Position numbers and translations under genes: made by a program
Assembly: GCA_012295275.1 (NCBI GenBank)
Contig: CM022666.1
Coordinates: 10,168,001-10,232,000 of the forward strand
Reading direction: 5' to 3'
Source of the DNA: Chrysomallon squamiferum
Taxonomy: Eukaryota; Animalia; Mollusca
Length of the DNA: 64,000 nt
The notes under the pieces: model-generated
The model's input: only the letters and a program-made list of their open reading frames with translations
Databases searched by the model: none
What the model was told of the DNA's origin: nothing
Shown here: positions 1 to 13,707 of the stretch, one piece after another
Position numbering within the stretch: position 1 is the stretch's first letter
How the letters are laid out: every line of letters starts with the position of its first letter

Positions 1-1376
1 AGTAAGCAGGGAATCAAGTAACTAAGTAAGTGAGAATAGAAGTCAGTACATTAACAATTATGTGAGTAATAATGTAAGTAAGTACTTAACTAATGACCTA
101 AGTTAGCAAGGAAGAAAATAAGTAAGTAAATAGTAACCTAAGTAAGTACATTACCAATTATCTAAATAACAAATAAATTAAGTAAGTAAGTAAATAATGA
201 CCTAAGTAAGCAATGATGCAAGTTTCTAAGTAAGTGAGAATGCAAGTAAGTACATTAACAATTATCTAAGTAATAAATAAATTAATTAATTACGTAAATA
301 ATGACCTAAGTAACCAAGGAAGCAAGTACCTAAGTAAGAGAGAATGCAAGTCAGTACATTTACAATTATGTGAGTAAGAATGTAAGTAAGTATTTAACTA
401 ATGTCCTAGGTTAGCAAGTAAGCGAGTAAGTTAGTAAATAGTAACCTAAGTAAGTACATTAACAATTATCTAACTAAGAAAGAAAGTAAGTAAGTACGTA
501 AATAATGATCTAAGTTGGTAAGGAAGCGAGGAACTAAGGTAAAATGCAAATTTGTACATTAACAATTATCTAAGTAAGAACGTAATTAAGTACGTAAATA
601 ATCACCTAAGTAAGCAAGGATGCAAGTTAGTAAGTCAGCGAGAATGCAAGTAAGTACGTTAACAATTATCTAAGTAAGAAATAAATTTAGTACTTACCTA
701 AATAATGACCTAAGTAAGCAGGGAATCAAGTAACTAAGTAAGTGAGAATAGAAGTCAGTACATTAACAATTATGTGAGTAATAATGTAAGTAAGTACTTA
801 ACTAATGACCTAAGTTAGCAAGGAAGAAAATAAGTAAATAGTAACCTAAGTAAGTACATTACCAATTATCTAAATAACAAATAAAGTAGGTAAGTAAGTA
901 AATAATGACCTAAGTAAGCAATGATGCAAGTTTCTAAGTAAGTGAGAATGCAAGTAAGTACATTAACAATTATCTAAGTAATAAATAAATTAAGTAATTA
1001 CGTAAATAATGACCTAAGTAACCAAGGAAGCAAGTACCTAAGTAAGAGAGAATGCAAGTCAGTACATTTACAATTATGTGAGTAAGAATGTAAGTAAGTA
1101 TTTAACTAATGTCCTAGGTTAGCAAGTAAGCGAGTAAGTTAGTAAATAGTAACCTAAGTAAGTACATTAACAATTATCTAACTAAGAAAGAAAGTAAGTA
1201 AGTACGTAAATAATGATCTAAGTTGGTAAGGAAGCGAGGAACTAAGGTAAAATGCAAATTTGTACATTAACAATTATCTAAGTAAGAACGTAATTAAGTA
1301 CGTAAATAATCACCTAAGTAAGCAAGGATGCAAGTTAGTAAGTCAGCGAGAATGCAAGTAAGTACGTTAACAATTA
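1..1376. repeat. Satellite DNA, ~100-104 bp monomer organised as a 712-bp 7-mer higher-order repeat
   Basis: A TTAACAATTA-like anchor recurs at 51,151,255,359,459,559,659,763 (spacings 100,104,104,100,100,100,104 = 712). The sequence starting at 1 restarts almost identically at 713. The array runs into the N gap. Confidence 0.92.
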
Positions 1377-1576
1377 NNNNNNNNNNNNNNNNNNNNNNNN
1401 NNNNNNNNNNNNNNNNNNNNNNNNNNNNNNNNNNNNNNNNNNNNNNNNNNNNNNNNNNNNNNNNNNNNNNNNNNNNNNNNNNNNNNNNNNNNNNNNNNNN
1501 NNNNNNNNNNNNNNNNNNNNNNNNNNNNNNNNNNNNNNNNNNNNNNNNNNNNNNNNNNNNNNNNNNNNNNNNNNNN
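1377..1576. other. Assembly gap (200 N)
   Basis: Run of exactly 200 N. Confidence 0.99.
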
Positions 1577-2717
1577 GTTCATTCTGTGGTTCACCAAAGC
1601 CACCACTTTCCTTTCTTAATTCCTTACATACAAAATATCTGTTTCTTCTAAATAAATGAAAAAGAACATTGTATTTAGATTGGTCGAAAAAAAAAAAAAA
1701 AAAAAAGTTTGGTTTTTATAAACTGGAAATGTTTATGCAAAAGGTTTGTTCTAAGTTTGCCTTCCTCTTCTCAGTCAAGCATTGTCAATACACCAAAAAC
1801 AAATGATATGCAGTGATTGTGTGTATGTATTCATGGTCATTCTCTTATATACCTTTACAGTGACAACATCCAAGTGTAAAGTATTTCCAGTTATTGAAAA
1901 GGTTTCCACATGTCTAATTCAAATTGTATTCAAAATGTATATAAGAAATATATTTTGGAAGGTACATTGATATGGTTGACACTTTATTTCTATAATTTTA
2001 TTTTTATCCCAGTTGTGCAAACCCGTTTAGAAATAAACCCGTTTTAATTAGATTTGGACATAGAAATATTATTAAACAGTTTAGACAAAATTACCAAAAT
2101 AAAAAAAATAAAATAAAAAATGAAGCTACGCAAGGAAAGCTGCAAAATGTAAGTATATGTAAATAACAATAAAACAGTGATAATAAAAGAGAAAAAATAA
2201 AACAAAATTTTTTTCTGATGGTCATTGTTTTCCTTTTTTATATATTTTTCCTTATCTGTTTTCAAAGCAAGTATTCAAAGCAAGAAAAACAATACATATT
2301 ACAGTACAAATACATTTTATTGAAACAATTAATTCAAGAATGAAAAAAATAAATTGTAACAACATGTGTAAAAACACAGTACAAATTTCATTAATGAAAA
2401 TTAAATGTCCACTAAAACAAATAATAATTGTATAAAAGTTACAATACTGTAAATATTTTTGCTGCCTTAATAAAAATTAAACAGATGTAGTCCAATATGG
2501 CTTCTTAATGCTTTTAACAATAAAAGTATAATGATACTGGGATAATAAATAAACAAAAACATTTATAATACTTTATTATTTTTAATTTTACAATTTTAAT
2601 ACCCATTTCATTTTTATTACTGATGTCAACAACAATTTCATTCCAACTCAACTTTTTTTTGCTGTGGTGGTTTTTTATTTTTATTTTAATTTTTTTTGTT
2701 GAGAAAATGAATTATTG

Positions 2718-4446
2718 TCAGCTGATACCAATGATGACACTTTCTTCTTTGTTAGATGACAGTTCCTGGCAGGTAACATGTAAGTTACGTTCTCTGAAAT
2801 ATCAGAATTGAAAAAAGTTATCCGACTTTTCATTTTGTTTTATCAACATAAAATCTCAGTTCCTGTTATATTCTTAAGGCAAAATAGTTAGACACACACA
2901 GCTATATTTTACTGATAACAGAACACTGTGTTTAAATTAACCTTAATTACAAAGTTATTAAAAATGTACTGCAAGTTTTCTTTTTAAAAATGATTAATTA
3001 ATTATCAACATAATTTGGGTGCTGAGTACTTGGGTATTAAAATATTTTTAAAAGAGAACTGGGTTTGCAGTTTTCTTAGACCAAAGGAAATATATTTTAA
3101 AAATCTCAAAACTGGTGAACTAGTCGGGCAAGGGGTTATTAGATTTAAAACAACAATAATAAAAGAACAAAAATAATCTGTATTTAATTAAAGATTTAAA
3201 TTTCATTATTTTCTTAATGATCTATAGATTTGATATAGTTTACCTTTTAAGATGAAAGGTTGTTTGAACATTGCTTGGTGTTGGTAAATCATGCATCACA
3301 ATCGGAAACAAAACAAAACAAATGAAGTATTAGGATCACACAAAATGAAAACAAATACTAATTTTATTATCTGATTTATAATAATAACAACAAAAACAAC
3401 AATAATAAAAAAACAAAAAACAAATGTACCTTTGCTAACAAAGTTGCTGTTTCTAAAGAAGGTGGATCTTCTGCTTCGTAAACCACTAAGAAGAAAACAT
3501 TCTTATCATCGGCTAAAGTGTATGTGTGTTATTTACATGATGGAATTAAAATATGCTTGGGAACAGCAAGGGATAATTCCATGTTTGAATCACTAGTAAT
3601 CTTTAAATTAATAAATAAATTTAATGTAATGTGATAATGAAAATAATCAAACATAATGACAAGAGAAGAAATCCATTGCTGAAAGTCAATGCTGTATGTT
3701 GATTTTATCAAATTATTTATAAATGGCAAAAACACTCCTACAAACAAAGGGGGCACATACACGAACAAAATATGAATTACTGATTAAAACAATTATTATT
3801 TTAGATATATTAAAATAGATTTAATTTCATTGATGATAAAAATTTACAATTCATGGGGTTTTCATATGTATCAGCAATCTAAACAGGAAGCTATATACAA
3901 TACCTTGACATAAATAGCTTTAGACAGACATTTAACTTCCAGATAATGTTCAAGCTCTTGAAGATCCTGAATATCTTTGCCAACTAATATAGCAGCCTGA
4001 AATTGCAAAGACCAAAAACAACAACAACAACAACAACAACAACAATAATATAAGAATAATAAGAATAAAAATGAAAATAAAATGAAAGCACACACACACA
4101 CACACACACATATATAAAATGACTGTTGCAGATTGAAAAGGCCTACTCCCAACAAAAACCAGATGCAAATAGCAGATACTTAACAAAACAGAGATAAAAC
4201 TAGGGATGAATTCTAAAGTGCATGTTAAAGTATTTTTTATTCGTGGTTGACACATAATATTAAACAAATTTCTTTTCAACTGATGGATCATAAATCTAGC
4301 CTAAGAGACATATTATTAATCAAACCTCTTTTGCAGCACCAGTTGCTATCACCTCAGCAGCTGGAAAAGTTTTCTCCTCCTGGCAGGAAATCTGATATTG
4401 CTTTCTGTCGCATTGGAATCTTGCTGCCTCCTCCACACAGTATTAC
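2718..4446 (-). pseudogene. HSPA14: Heat shock 70 kDa protein 14 (HSPA14/Hsp70L1)-like pseudogene, last five exons only
   Basis: Exons 4446-4326, 3996-3904, 3600-3430, 3302-3244, 2793-2718 translate to VILCGGGSKIPMRQKAISDFLP..EVIATGAAKE / AAILVGKD..VKCLSKAIYVK / ITSDSNMELSLAVPKHILIPSCK*HTYTL..VVYEAED..LLAK / IVMHDLP..FHLK / RERNLHVTCQELSSNKEESVIIGIS*. This is colinear with the recalled HSPA14 C-terminus (VVLCGGSSRIP..DEVIPIGAAIEAGILIGK..IECSARDILVK..RDGSLHVTC..). Lesions: frameshift in the 121-bp exon, in-frame TAA at 3531-3529, acceptor AG changed to CG at 3304-3303. No upstream exons are seen. Confidence 0.85.
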
Positions 4447-4859
4447 CTTTAGTAACACAAATACATAATATTCAGTTACAAACAGTAATGATGTAATAAT
4501 AAAATATAAATATTATTTTTATTACGCTTATTAGCATTATTCCCTATATTTTAGCACACAGACCAGTGATTCCCAATTTGAGAATATAATGGGGGGGGAA
4601 ATTTGAAAGTGATATAACATGACCAAACTTCCAGTTACACTTCGGCTATACGTTATTGTGTATCTGGCAGCACCTATAAGCAGTTTGTTTACTTATAGGA
4701 TTAAAGATTTCTACTTTATATTACAGTAATTACACTTTTACAGTTTGTTTTATTTCATAAGGGGACATAAACATTTTTTAGCAAAAAATGGTTGGGACTA
4801 AGTGAAAAAAATTAAAAGGTTGAGCTCCAGTTAACAAAATGCTTTTTTCTTTTTTTCAT

Positions 4860-6990
4860 TTGTGTCTTATGAACATTCATGTGTAGATATTAGTATGTCT
4901 ACGTCAAAATGCATACTCAAACACAAATGCCAGAAATCCAAGGAAAATGAAAAACCCATTCGTGACTTCATCTGTGGATTCCGGTCTTCATTTTCCTCTC
5001 ATCAAGGTGGGAAAACAAACCGTAGAAATGTCAGAGTTTCATTTAACAAACTTTAAAACAAATACACTTATTATTATCATCATCATGTTAATAATTATTA
5101 TTCTGTTTGATGATAATGTTGTTGTTGTTCTTGTTGTTATTCTCATTATTATTCTAATTATCAGTACTGCCATTATTATTATTATTATTATTATGGTTCT
5201 TGTTGTTGTTATTCTCATTATTATTCTCATTATCAGTATTGCCATTATTATTATTGTTGCTGTTGTTACTGTCATTATTATTACTTTATTTTATTTTATT
5301 TTATCTTATTTCATTTAATTACTTTTTCTAAAGCCAATATTTTTATTTTTTATTTATCTTCTTCACAAAATGTACAGGCATTTCTCTGTACCATTCAGGT
5401 GATGTCTTTCTCCTGCGGCATTCTTTCACCTTCTTCACCACTGTCATCTACGGAGTATGAAGCAGAACATGCATGTGTAGACATCAGTATTAAGACTCTG
5501 ATGACTAAGTCAAAATGCATAAACTCCCACACAAATGCCGGCAACCCCCAAAAAATAAAAAACCCATTCCTGACTTCATCTGTATATAGCTCCTCTTCTA
5601 ATCCTGTGAAAACAAATCCAACAACTGTCAGTATTTCATTTAACAAACATTAAAACAAATAAAAAATTAATTCCATTATTACTAGTATTTTTATTATCAT
5701 CATCATTATACTAATTATTCTTTGATGATGATGTTCTTATTAACTTTACTGTTGTCATTATTAGTATTCTAATAATGATGATTCTTGCTTCTATTACTAT
5801 TAATTTATTTCATTTTATTTTAATTACTTTTTGTATAGCAAATATTTTTAATTTTCACTTTTTATTAATTACTTCTTCACAAAATGTACAGACATTTCTG
5901 TTTACCATTTAGATGATGTCCTTCTGCTGCAGCATTCTTAAGCAGGAGGTGCATGTGTAGACATCAGTATGTCTACGTTAAAATGCATACACACCAACTC
6001 AAATGCCAGAAAACCAAGGAAAATGAAAAACCCATTCCTGGCTTCATCTGTGGATTCTGGTCTTCATTTTCCTCTTGTCATCCTGGGAAAACAAACTGTG
6101 GAAATGTCAGTATTTCATTTAACAAACTTTAAAAGAAATAAAAAAAATAATTCCATCATTACTAGTATTGCCCTTTTTATTATCATCATTATAACATGTA
6201 TTCTCTTTGATGATGATGTTGTTGTTGTTGTTGTTGTTATTATCTTTATTATTCTCATTTTCAGTACTGCCATTATTGTTTTCACTATTATTGTTGTTTT
6301 TGCTGTATTTATCACTTTGTTTTATTTTATTTTATCTTATTTCACTTCTTTTAATTATTTTTTATGAAGCCAGTACTTTTATTTTTTATTAATCCCAAAA
6401 CTGAAAAACCCATTCCTGACTTCATCTGTGTATTCCTGTCTTCATTTTCCTCTAGTCATCCTGTGAAAACAAATCCAAAACATGTCAGTATTTCATTTAA
6501 CATACATTAAAACAAATACAAAATTAATTCCATCATTACTAGTATTAGTCTTATTGTTATAATCATATCATTGTTCTTACATTCTCTTTGATGATCATGA
6601 TTATGTTTTTAATTAACTTTAATACTGTCATTGTTACTACTATCACTATTAATATTATTACTATTAATTTATTTCATTTTATTTTAATAACTTTTTGTAA
6701 AGCACATATTTGTATTTTTCACTTTTTATTATATTCTTCTTCACAAAATGTACAGGCATTTCTGTTTACCATTTAGGTGATATCCTTTTCCTGCTGCATT
6801 CTCAAGAAGAAGATGTATGTGTAGATTCTCCTCTTCATATCCTGAGAAAATAAACCGTAGAAATGTCAGTATTTCATTGTAAAACTTTAAAACAAATACA
6901 AAATTAATTCCATCATTACTAGGGTTATCCTCATTACTATCATCATCATGATAATTCTTTGATGATGATGATGATGATTTGATGTCATCG
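4860..6990. repeat. Diverged tandem repeat, about five units of ~400-600 bp with (ATT/ATC/GTT)n low-complexity linkers
   Basis: Blocks AAAACCCATTCCTGACTTCATCTGTG (~4950,5558,6027,6404), TGTCAGTATTTCATTTAACA (~5029,5626,6105,6483,6864) and CTTCACAAAATGTACAGGCATTTCT (~5360,5875,6738) recur. Confidence 0.8.
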
Positions 6991-7024
6991 TTGGTATTGT
7001 TCTTGTTAACTTATAAACCATTTT

Positions 7025-9032
7025 CATGATTAATAATACGAGCGTTATCTCCCGTATAACTTTCAATAATAACAGCATTATCATGTGTAATAATATCAGC
7101 GGTGAAGTTGCTATTACCATCACTAATAGCAGCAGTTTTAGGTCTAATAATACCATCAGTACAGCTGATACTACCATTACTAATGTCAGAGGTATGATGT
7201 GTAATAATGCCACCAGGACCGATTTTATTACCATCATTAATACAAGCATTAATAAAGTAATCCCAGAAGTAACAAATGTAAATTCGATCAGTCTTTAAGG
7301 TGCTCTTTCGACGGTGTTGTGCGTTTACCATTAAAGGTCACTTCGGACACCATTGTCTTCATTATCACCCAATGAGAAGTTTGATTTTTATTTACTATAA
7401 GAACGACACTTAGAAACATACAAGAGATATCATAGTGTTTGTGAAGAGTAAAGGCAACAGTGGATTTGCAAAGACATTCAGAGGTCGGTGACTTTCCTGA
7501 AAGCAAGATGTCTGAATATCAGTTTGCTGTTTTTAAAGAGTAATCTTGAAATGAAACCACTGCATTCATCTCCTGCATCGCAATCTCTGTTCTTAGTTAC
7601 AAGAAGCCGGTACAAAGGGTGCTGTGCTAGCATCAGGTGTAGCTCGTAAAATATCTGTATCAGTAAAACTGTAACGCTGAATGACGCGATGGAACTGAAA
7701 GCTTAGAGACTTCCAGAGAAATGACTCCTCGATTCGTATTTCATAAAAGTGAGTCAGTATCTTTCATGTAGACACAAGCAACAAGTTTGAATGCCTTCAG
7801 TTCTGATGATTTGGGAGATTATCGTCTTCGCTATCAACCGAAAAGGAGCTTCATGTCTGCTTATTGTAAGAAAGAAACATACACACATAAAGAACATTGT
7901 ACACTGTGTGAATGGGAAGCATGAAAGAAATCTTGCGAAGACATTCAAAGATCAGTGACTTTCCTTAACACAAGACATAAACATGATAGTGCTGGCATTA
8001 GTGATGGCAATGGTAGCGGTAGTGATGGTAGAATTAGACTGAATGTTGCTGGTATTAATGGTGCAGCTTCTGTCTTGGTATCATTAGAAATAATTGTGGT
8101 GGTGTTAGTAATGGTAATAGCAGCAGTTCAGGTGGTATTGTTAGGTGTGATTATGCTGCTATTAGAAAAGCCAATAAGAGCGGTATTATCTGGTATTATC
8201 AGACAAGATAGTGCTGGCATTAGTGAATGCAATAGCAGGAATGCTGGTGGTATTATTATATATGATAATGCTGGTATTAGTGACGGTTATAGCAGTGGTT
8301 CTGGTCGATTTATTTAACGTGATAGTGCTATCATTAGTGAACGTAATAGGAGTGGTGCCGTTCGTATTATTTCACATCATAGGGCTTTTTTGCATCAGTA
8401 GCATTATCATACCTAACAATACCACGAGCACTCCTTCTATTGCTTTCAATAATGCCAGCACTATCATGTCTGATAATACCAATACTACCGCTCTTATTGA
8501 CTTTTCTAGCAGAAGCATTATCATATGTAATAATACCACCAGCACTCCTTATATTACCATCACTAACACCAGCATAATCTTGACTTATGATAGCACCACA
8601 AAAACTGCAGTTACCATCATTAATACCAGCACCATCAACTCTAATTGTACCATGACTTCCGCTACTATTATCATCACTGCTGATATCATGTCAAATAAAA
8701 CCGCCAGCACCCTTCCTATTACGTTCACTAATGACAGCACTATCATGTTTAATAATACGACAAAGCCGCTCCTATAAACGTCACTAATTCCAGCACTATA
8801 AAGTTGGATTGTACCATCAGTACGGCTGCCATTACCATCGCTAATGCCAGCACTGTCACGACGAAGAATACTACGAATATCGCTGCAATTAGCGTCACTA
8901 ATACTATCACAATCGTATCTAATAATGCCACTAGAACCGCTCTTATTACCTTTACTAATGCCAGCACTATCGTGTGAAATACCACCAACACCGCCGCTAA
9001 TACATTCACTAATTAGAGCACTTTCATGACTA
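7025..9032. repeat. Degenerate 57-bp minisatellite in alternating orientation around a unique spacer (block A)
   Basis: Consensus ~CATGATAGTGCTGGTATTAGTGATGGTAATAGCAGTGGTACTGGTGGTATTATTAGA. Minus orientation ~7025-7270, spacer ~7270-7980, plus ~7981-8380, minus ~8395-9032. Confidence 0.8.
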
Positions 9033-9393
9033 TGCAAAACATAACTAAATTATATAAGACAAGACTGACAGTACCCGGTGTTTTATGAAAACCATTTCGG
9101 CTTATTCCGTAAAGTTTAATATGGCCGTATTTTAACCGAAAACTGAGGTTAAGTAATTGGTTAGTTTTTATGAACAAAATCGGCAACTTGTACTTCTGAT
9201 TTGTCTGAAAAGAAGATGACGCATCATCGTGTATGGATACAACTATTGAGAACAGTGGCCGGTTTTACATTTTCGTTGGTAACCAATTTGTTACTGACAA
9301 CAAAATTAAAGGCTTAACCGTTTTTCTATCCTAACAAACACCAATTACTAGCTGTTACTTATGTAGTGTTATCAGCAATTTTAATTATTATTA

Positions 9394-9424
<31 letters not shown>

Positions 9425-10758
9425 TTTATTTACGAGAATAGTTTCAGGCTGATGGATTTGTGTGGATTTAAAATACAGTTAATAATGTTCATGCTTTGTG
9501 AGTCTATGTTGATGGGGTGGGAAATATGTGATGAGAGGAGCGAAAAAGTACGGGAAGGGCATGGGTTGGGGAAAGGAAAGGGGGTAGGAGCGCGAAGGGG
9601 CGGAACATGATGGGACAACAAAGGACTGAATTTACCTTTCTATGCTGGACCGAACCAAATTTGACTGGACTGGAAAAAACTTGATGGTGTGGACTAACAG
9701 GACTGGACAAGACTGGACAGGATTTGAGCGGTTAGGACAAGAAGTGACCAGTCAGCACCGGGTTGTAGTGGACAGGACGGGACAAGGATGGACAATGCAG
9801 TTTTCTGCTATGCCATACCGTCACAACCCACCCTAACCTCTTTATTGATGGTGAGTATTAGGAGGGGAGCGTTTGAGGGAATGGAGAACAAGTGGTGAAC
9901 TCAAGTTTTTTACTGTACTGGATTGACAGTATCTGACAGGTTCTTTGCTGTTCCGTCACCTCCCACCCAATTTCCCAGAGCGGAGGTCATGGAAGGGTGT
10001 GACGGAGAGGGTTAGGGGTGGATAGTGATACCGGGTGAGAGAATGGATATATATATAAACTTAATATAACTTGAACACAGATTTGAATGGAAGTCAGTGC
10101 TAAAATAGACACAGGTACAACAAATGTTTATCTCCCTCTTTTTCTTCCTTTGTTCCAGTACAACAATTAAATATATACACTGTGCTTAATTTGTCCACTG
10201 AGTGGTGAAAAAAGATAAAGAAAGACTCCGCTACTAAAAACTTTTCTGTAAAACAGTGTACTACAAATAGTACATATTCAAAAAGTGCATTTCTTTTATG
10301 ATAATAACCTAAGAATCATCAAAGAATTTTTTTCTTTGTTTCTTTGCTTCTTCAGAGAGAAAGGATTGCAGGGAAATAATTTCTCAACGCAATGACTTAT
10401 ATCTGTATTGACTCATATATACAGAGCATTCACACAACATAATTTATTGAAATAAAAGATATTTTTAAATTTATCCTAACACTAATGACATAAATTTCCA
10501 AATGTTATATGAAAAGTCTGTCCAGGTAAATAGATACTAAAAATGCTGGAGCTAAATCTAACCTAACGCTAACCTGGAAATAATTCTGATCTTTACCCTT
10601 ACCGTAGTCCTAGCCATAATCTTGCTTGTAGAAAAAAAAAAAAAAATCAATAGATAAATGAAGTAAAATAATTAAAACAATAAATAAATAAAAAATCAAT
10701 ACTTTTAGTTATTTTTTTTATTTTTGTTTTGTTTTTGTATAGATAATAAAAAAAAAAT

Positions 10759-10947
10759 TCAAATTGTTACTTCTTGTTCATAGTAAAAACAAAAACTCAA
10801 ACTGTTACTTCTTGTTCATAGTAAAACAAAAACTCAAATTGTTACTTCTTCATAGTAAAAACAAAAACTCAAATTGGTTCTTCTTGTTCTTAGTAAACAC
10901 AAAAACTGCAGTTGTTACTTCTTGTTCATAGTAAAAACAAAAACTCA
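10759..10947. repeat. 38-bp minisatellite, ~5 copies
   Basis: Unit TCAAATTGTTACTTCTTGTTCATAGTAAAAACAAAAAC repeated with few changes. Confidence 0.9.
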
Positions 10948-10989
10948 GAAAAATGTGATGTTTAATTATTACATAAAATAAAATATAAT

Positions 10990-11035
<46 letters not shown>

Positions 11036-11808
11036 TTTATTTATATTTTTTATTTTTTTAAATAAATTAATAAAAATAATATCAATAATAAAAACAAATA
11101 TGTTACTTGTTAGATATACATAACGAATTAGACATATCGTTTGAAAAAGTAAAATTTGTGCAGACTGTACCTAGTCCTATCATTATCTTCCTCTCAGCAG
11201 CCACCCGTATTTCTACCACTGTTAACACAAACCATCAAAACATTCAGCTAAGTCTGAAAGAGTTATCTACTCTTACTTAAGAACAATAACCAGGTGGTAT
11301 GTTACTAAATTATTGTTTACATTTTCATTTTCATTCACAGTGAAATTGTGGACTCTGTTTCCTTTAAATAAGTACTTTTATTTTAATCTGATAACTACAA
11401 AATGTTTAAGTATCAATCACTGTAGCTTAATATTATGAAATCTGGGTCAAAGAACTCGGAACATTTCGCTTGTCGAAATAAGTACCGAACATTAACGAAG
11501 TTTTCCGATTTGCTTTGGATTACATATCGGCAGTGTATTTTATATATATAATTGATTTATTCAGATTAGAATAATTAAATGAAATAAATGAATAAGTATT
11601 TAGCATTTTTTAAATGTATTTATTTATTTGGTGTTTTATAACAGAATATAGAAAATTATAATATGTATAAAATCAGCTGCATGATTCTTCTTAGAGTAAT
11701 TATAATGTATAACAGTATCCATGTGTTTCTTGACAATGACAACCTGTCATAATTCACATTTCTTCCTTCTGGTTACATTGAAACGCTTATAATTACATGC
11801 ACATACAC

Positions 11809-11810
<2 letters not shown>

Positions 11811-11876
<66 letters not shown>
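11811..11876. repeat. (AG)n microsatellite
   Basis: Perfect AG dinucleotide run of 66 bp. Confidence 0.95.
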
Positions 11877-11878
<2 letters not shown>

Positions 11879-12238
11879 GTAAAAGCATATCACAGACAAA
11901 CAGCTGTACTTGTGACAGAAATATTCAGTGCAGTAAACGTGTTACGTGTTGAATCGTCTTTCTTCGCGTGGTTTCTTTTAATCTGTTCTTAGACAACTTG
12001 TGTTGATGATGATGAAATAAACTCTAAAGAGAAAGTGACTGTCATACTGTACTGTTCGTCTTTAAAACTTTGCGCTTAAATTTTGTAAAAGAAACTGTTA
12101 GTCAGATTTGTCCATTGTTTCTTTTATTTAGGCTCTGGACATAAATTTTAATACGTGCAGCCCCGGTGCTAGGTTTATCTCTACTGCTACTACTAAAATT
12201 GCCACTGCCACTTCTGCGACTACGATTACTACTGCAAT

Positions 12239-12277
<39 letters not shown>

Positions 12278-13707
12278 TTAGTATTAATATTATTGTTGTT
12301 GTTGTTGTTGTTGTTGTAGTTATTATTATTTAAAGATACAATGGAAGGCAAAACAGCAATAGTGACGGGATCAACGTCAGGGATTGGTTTGGGGGTAGCC
12401 AATCTGCTTGCTGAGAAAGGCTGCAATGTTGTTCTGACGGGACTTGGAGAAACAACAGAGACTGAATCCATATAATTTTCGTCAGTAAGTGTAAATATAA
12501 AACAGTATACAACATATAATTATGTACAATTACAGTTCAGTAAAAACGTATCAGTAAATAGAAAAACAATACACCAGCGTATTAGTAAAAACAAATACAA
12601 AACAGCATTAGTAAGTACAAAAGAAAACATGTCGGTATTGTATTGATAAATGAACCATAATGATTATTTATTACCAGAACCATGTGAAATGTCGTCACCA
12701 AGTGAATCACAGGACTGAAGTGTACGCCAGAACTAACATTCATTGTAGATCTGTGTTTATTTTTCGAGTTTCTTTCTAATTTCAGAAAATTCAGAGGGCG
12801 TGTTGATTTTGTTCCTGCAAATCTTACCGATACTTCATCTATAATTGAATTTTGTAATCACGTGCTCACCATATATCCAGATGGCGTCGATATCCTTGTG
12901 AACAATGCAGGTCGGTTATTGTCATTAGTAGTAACAATAGTCGTTATAATCGTAGCAATCGTTATGGTGGAGGTAGTAGAACTCGGGGTAGCAGTAGTAA
13001 TAGTAGTAGTGGCAGTAGCAGCAGTAATAGTAGTAAAAGAAATAGTAATGGTTGTGTTAGTTGTTATGATAGTAGTAGTCGTTATATTAACGATGATAAT
13101 AAGAACAGTAGTTGTTGTAGAAGCAGGAATAGTAGTAGTAGTAGAAGTACTTGTAATGTGATGGTAATGGCAATGGTGGTGGCAGTAGTACTAGTAGTAT
13201 CGTTATTTGCTATTAATTTTACTTGTTTTTTCATCAACATCAGCGACAACAACTCTCTCTCTCTCTCTCTCTCTAAAATTCAAATTGTTAAAAATAACAG
13301 GGATCAACAGATTTGCTCTTCAGAATACGATTATAAAACTATATATTTATAAAATCTGTTGACGTTTGTAGGCTGGGGTAGAATCGTCAATATGTCGTCA
13401 CAGATGGCCATGATCAGCGCTGTGGGTAAAGCGCCTTATTCCGCGGCTAAAGCTGCTCTTGTCGGATTAACAAAGGTCAGTCTTATATTCCTGTCTAACC
13501 GATTATTATTATTGTTGTATTTAAATTGTGTTATAGTTAACATTGTTACAGTTTACGATGTTTAAGGGAACAGGAAGAAGGGACAGTATTATATATATAT
13601 AAAGCCACCGGCAGCATGCGTCAGTTTTGTTTGTAGCAATTTTTGAAACGAAATAAATTATTTGGAAATTAAATGAACTTTATGTTTTAATGTTAAAACA
13701 TAACAAT

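Noticed and set aside
1328-1651. ORF-track calls spanning the N run
   Set aside because: Artefacts of translating through the 200-N gap.
1577-1913. Two minus-strand AG..GT exon-like segments (1913-1853 and ~1647-1577)
   Set aside because: No phase combination gives a continuous open frame and no protein family was recognised; the second is cut by the gap.
4947-6776. Hydrophobic Ile/Val/Leu-rich ORFs resembling membrane proteins (also 12862-13352 and 16460-16782)
   Set aside because: They are translations of (ATT)n, (GTT)n, (GTA)n and (TTTTTA)n low-complexity tracts.
9500-10045. G-rich stretch with GGACA/GGACT pentamer repeats, possible SINE or TE fragment
   Set aside because: No termini, TSD, Pol III boxes or coding motif could be identified, so it was left unannotated.
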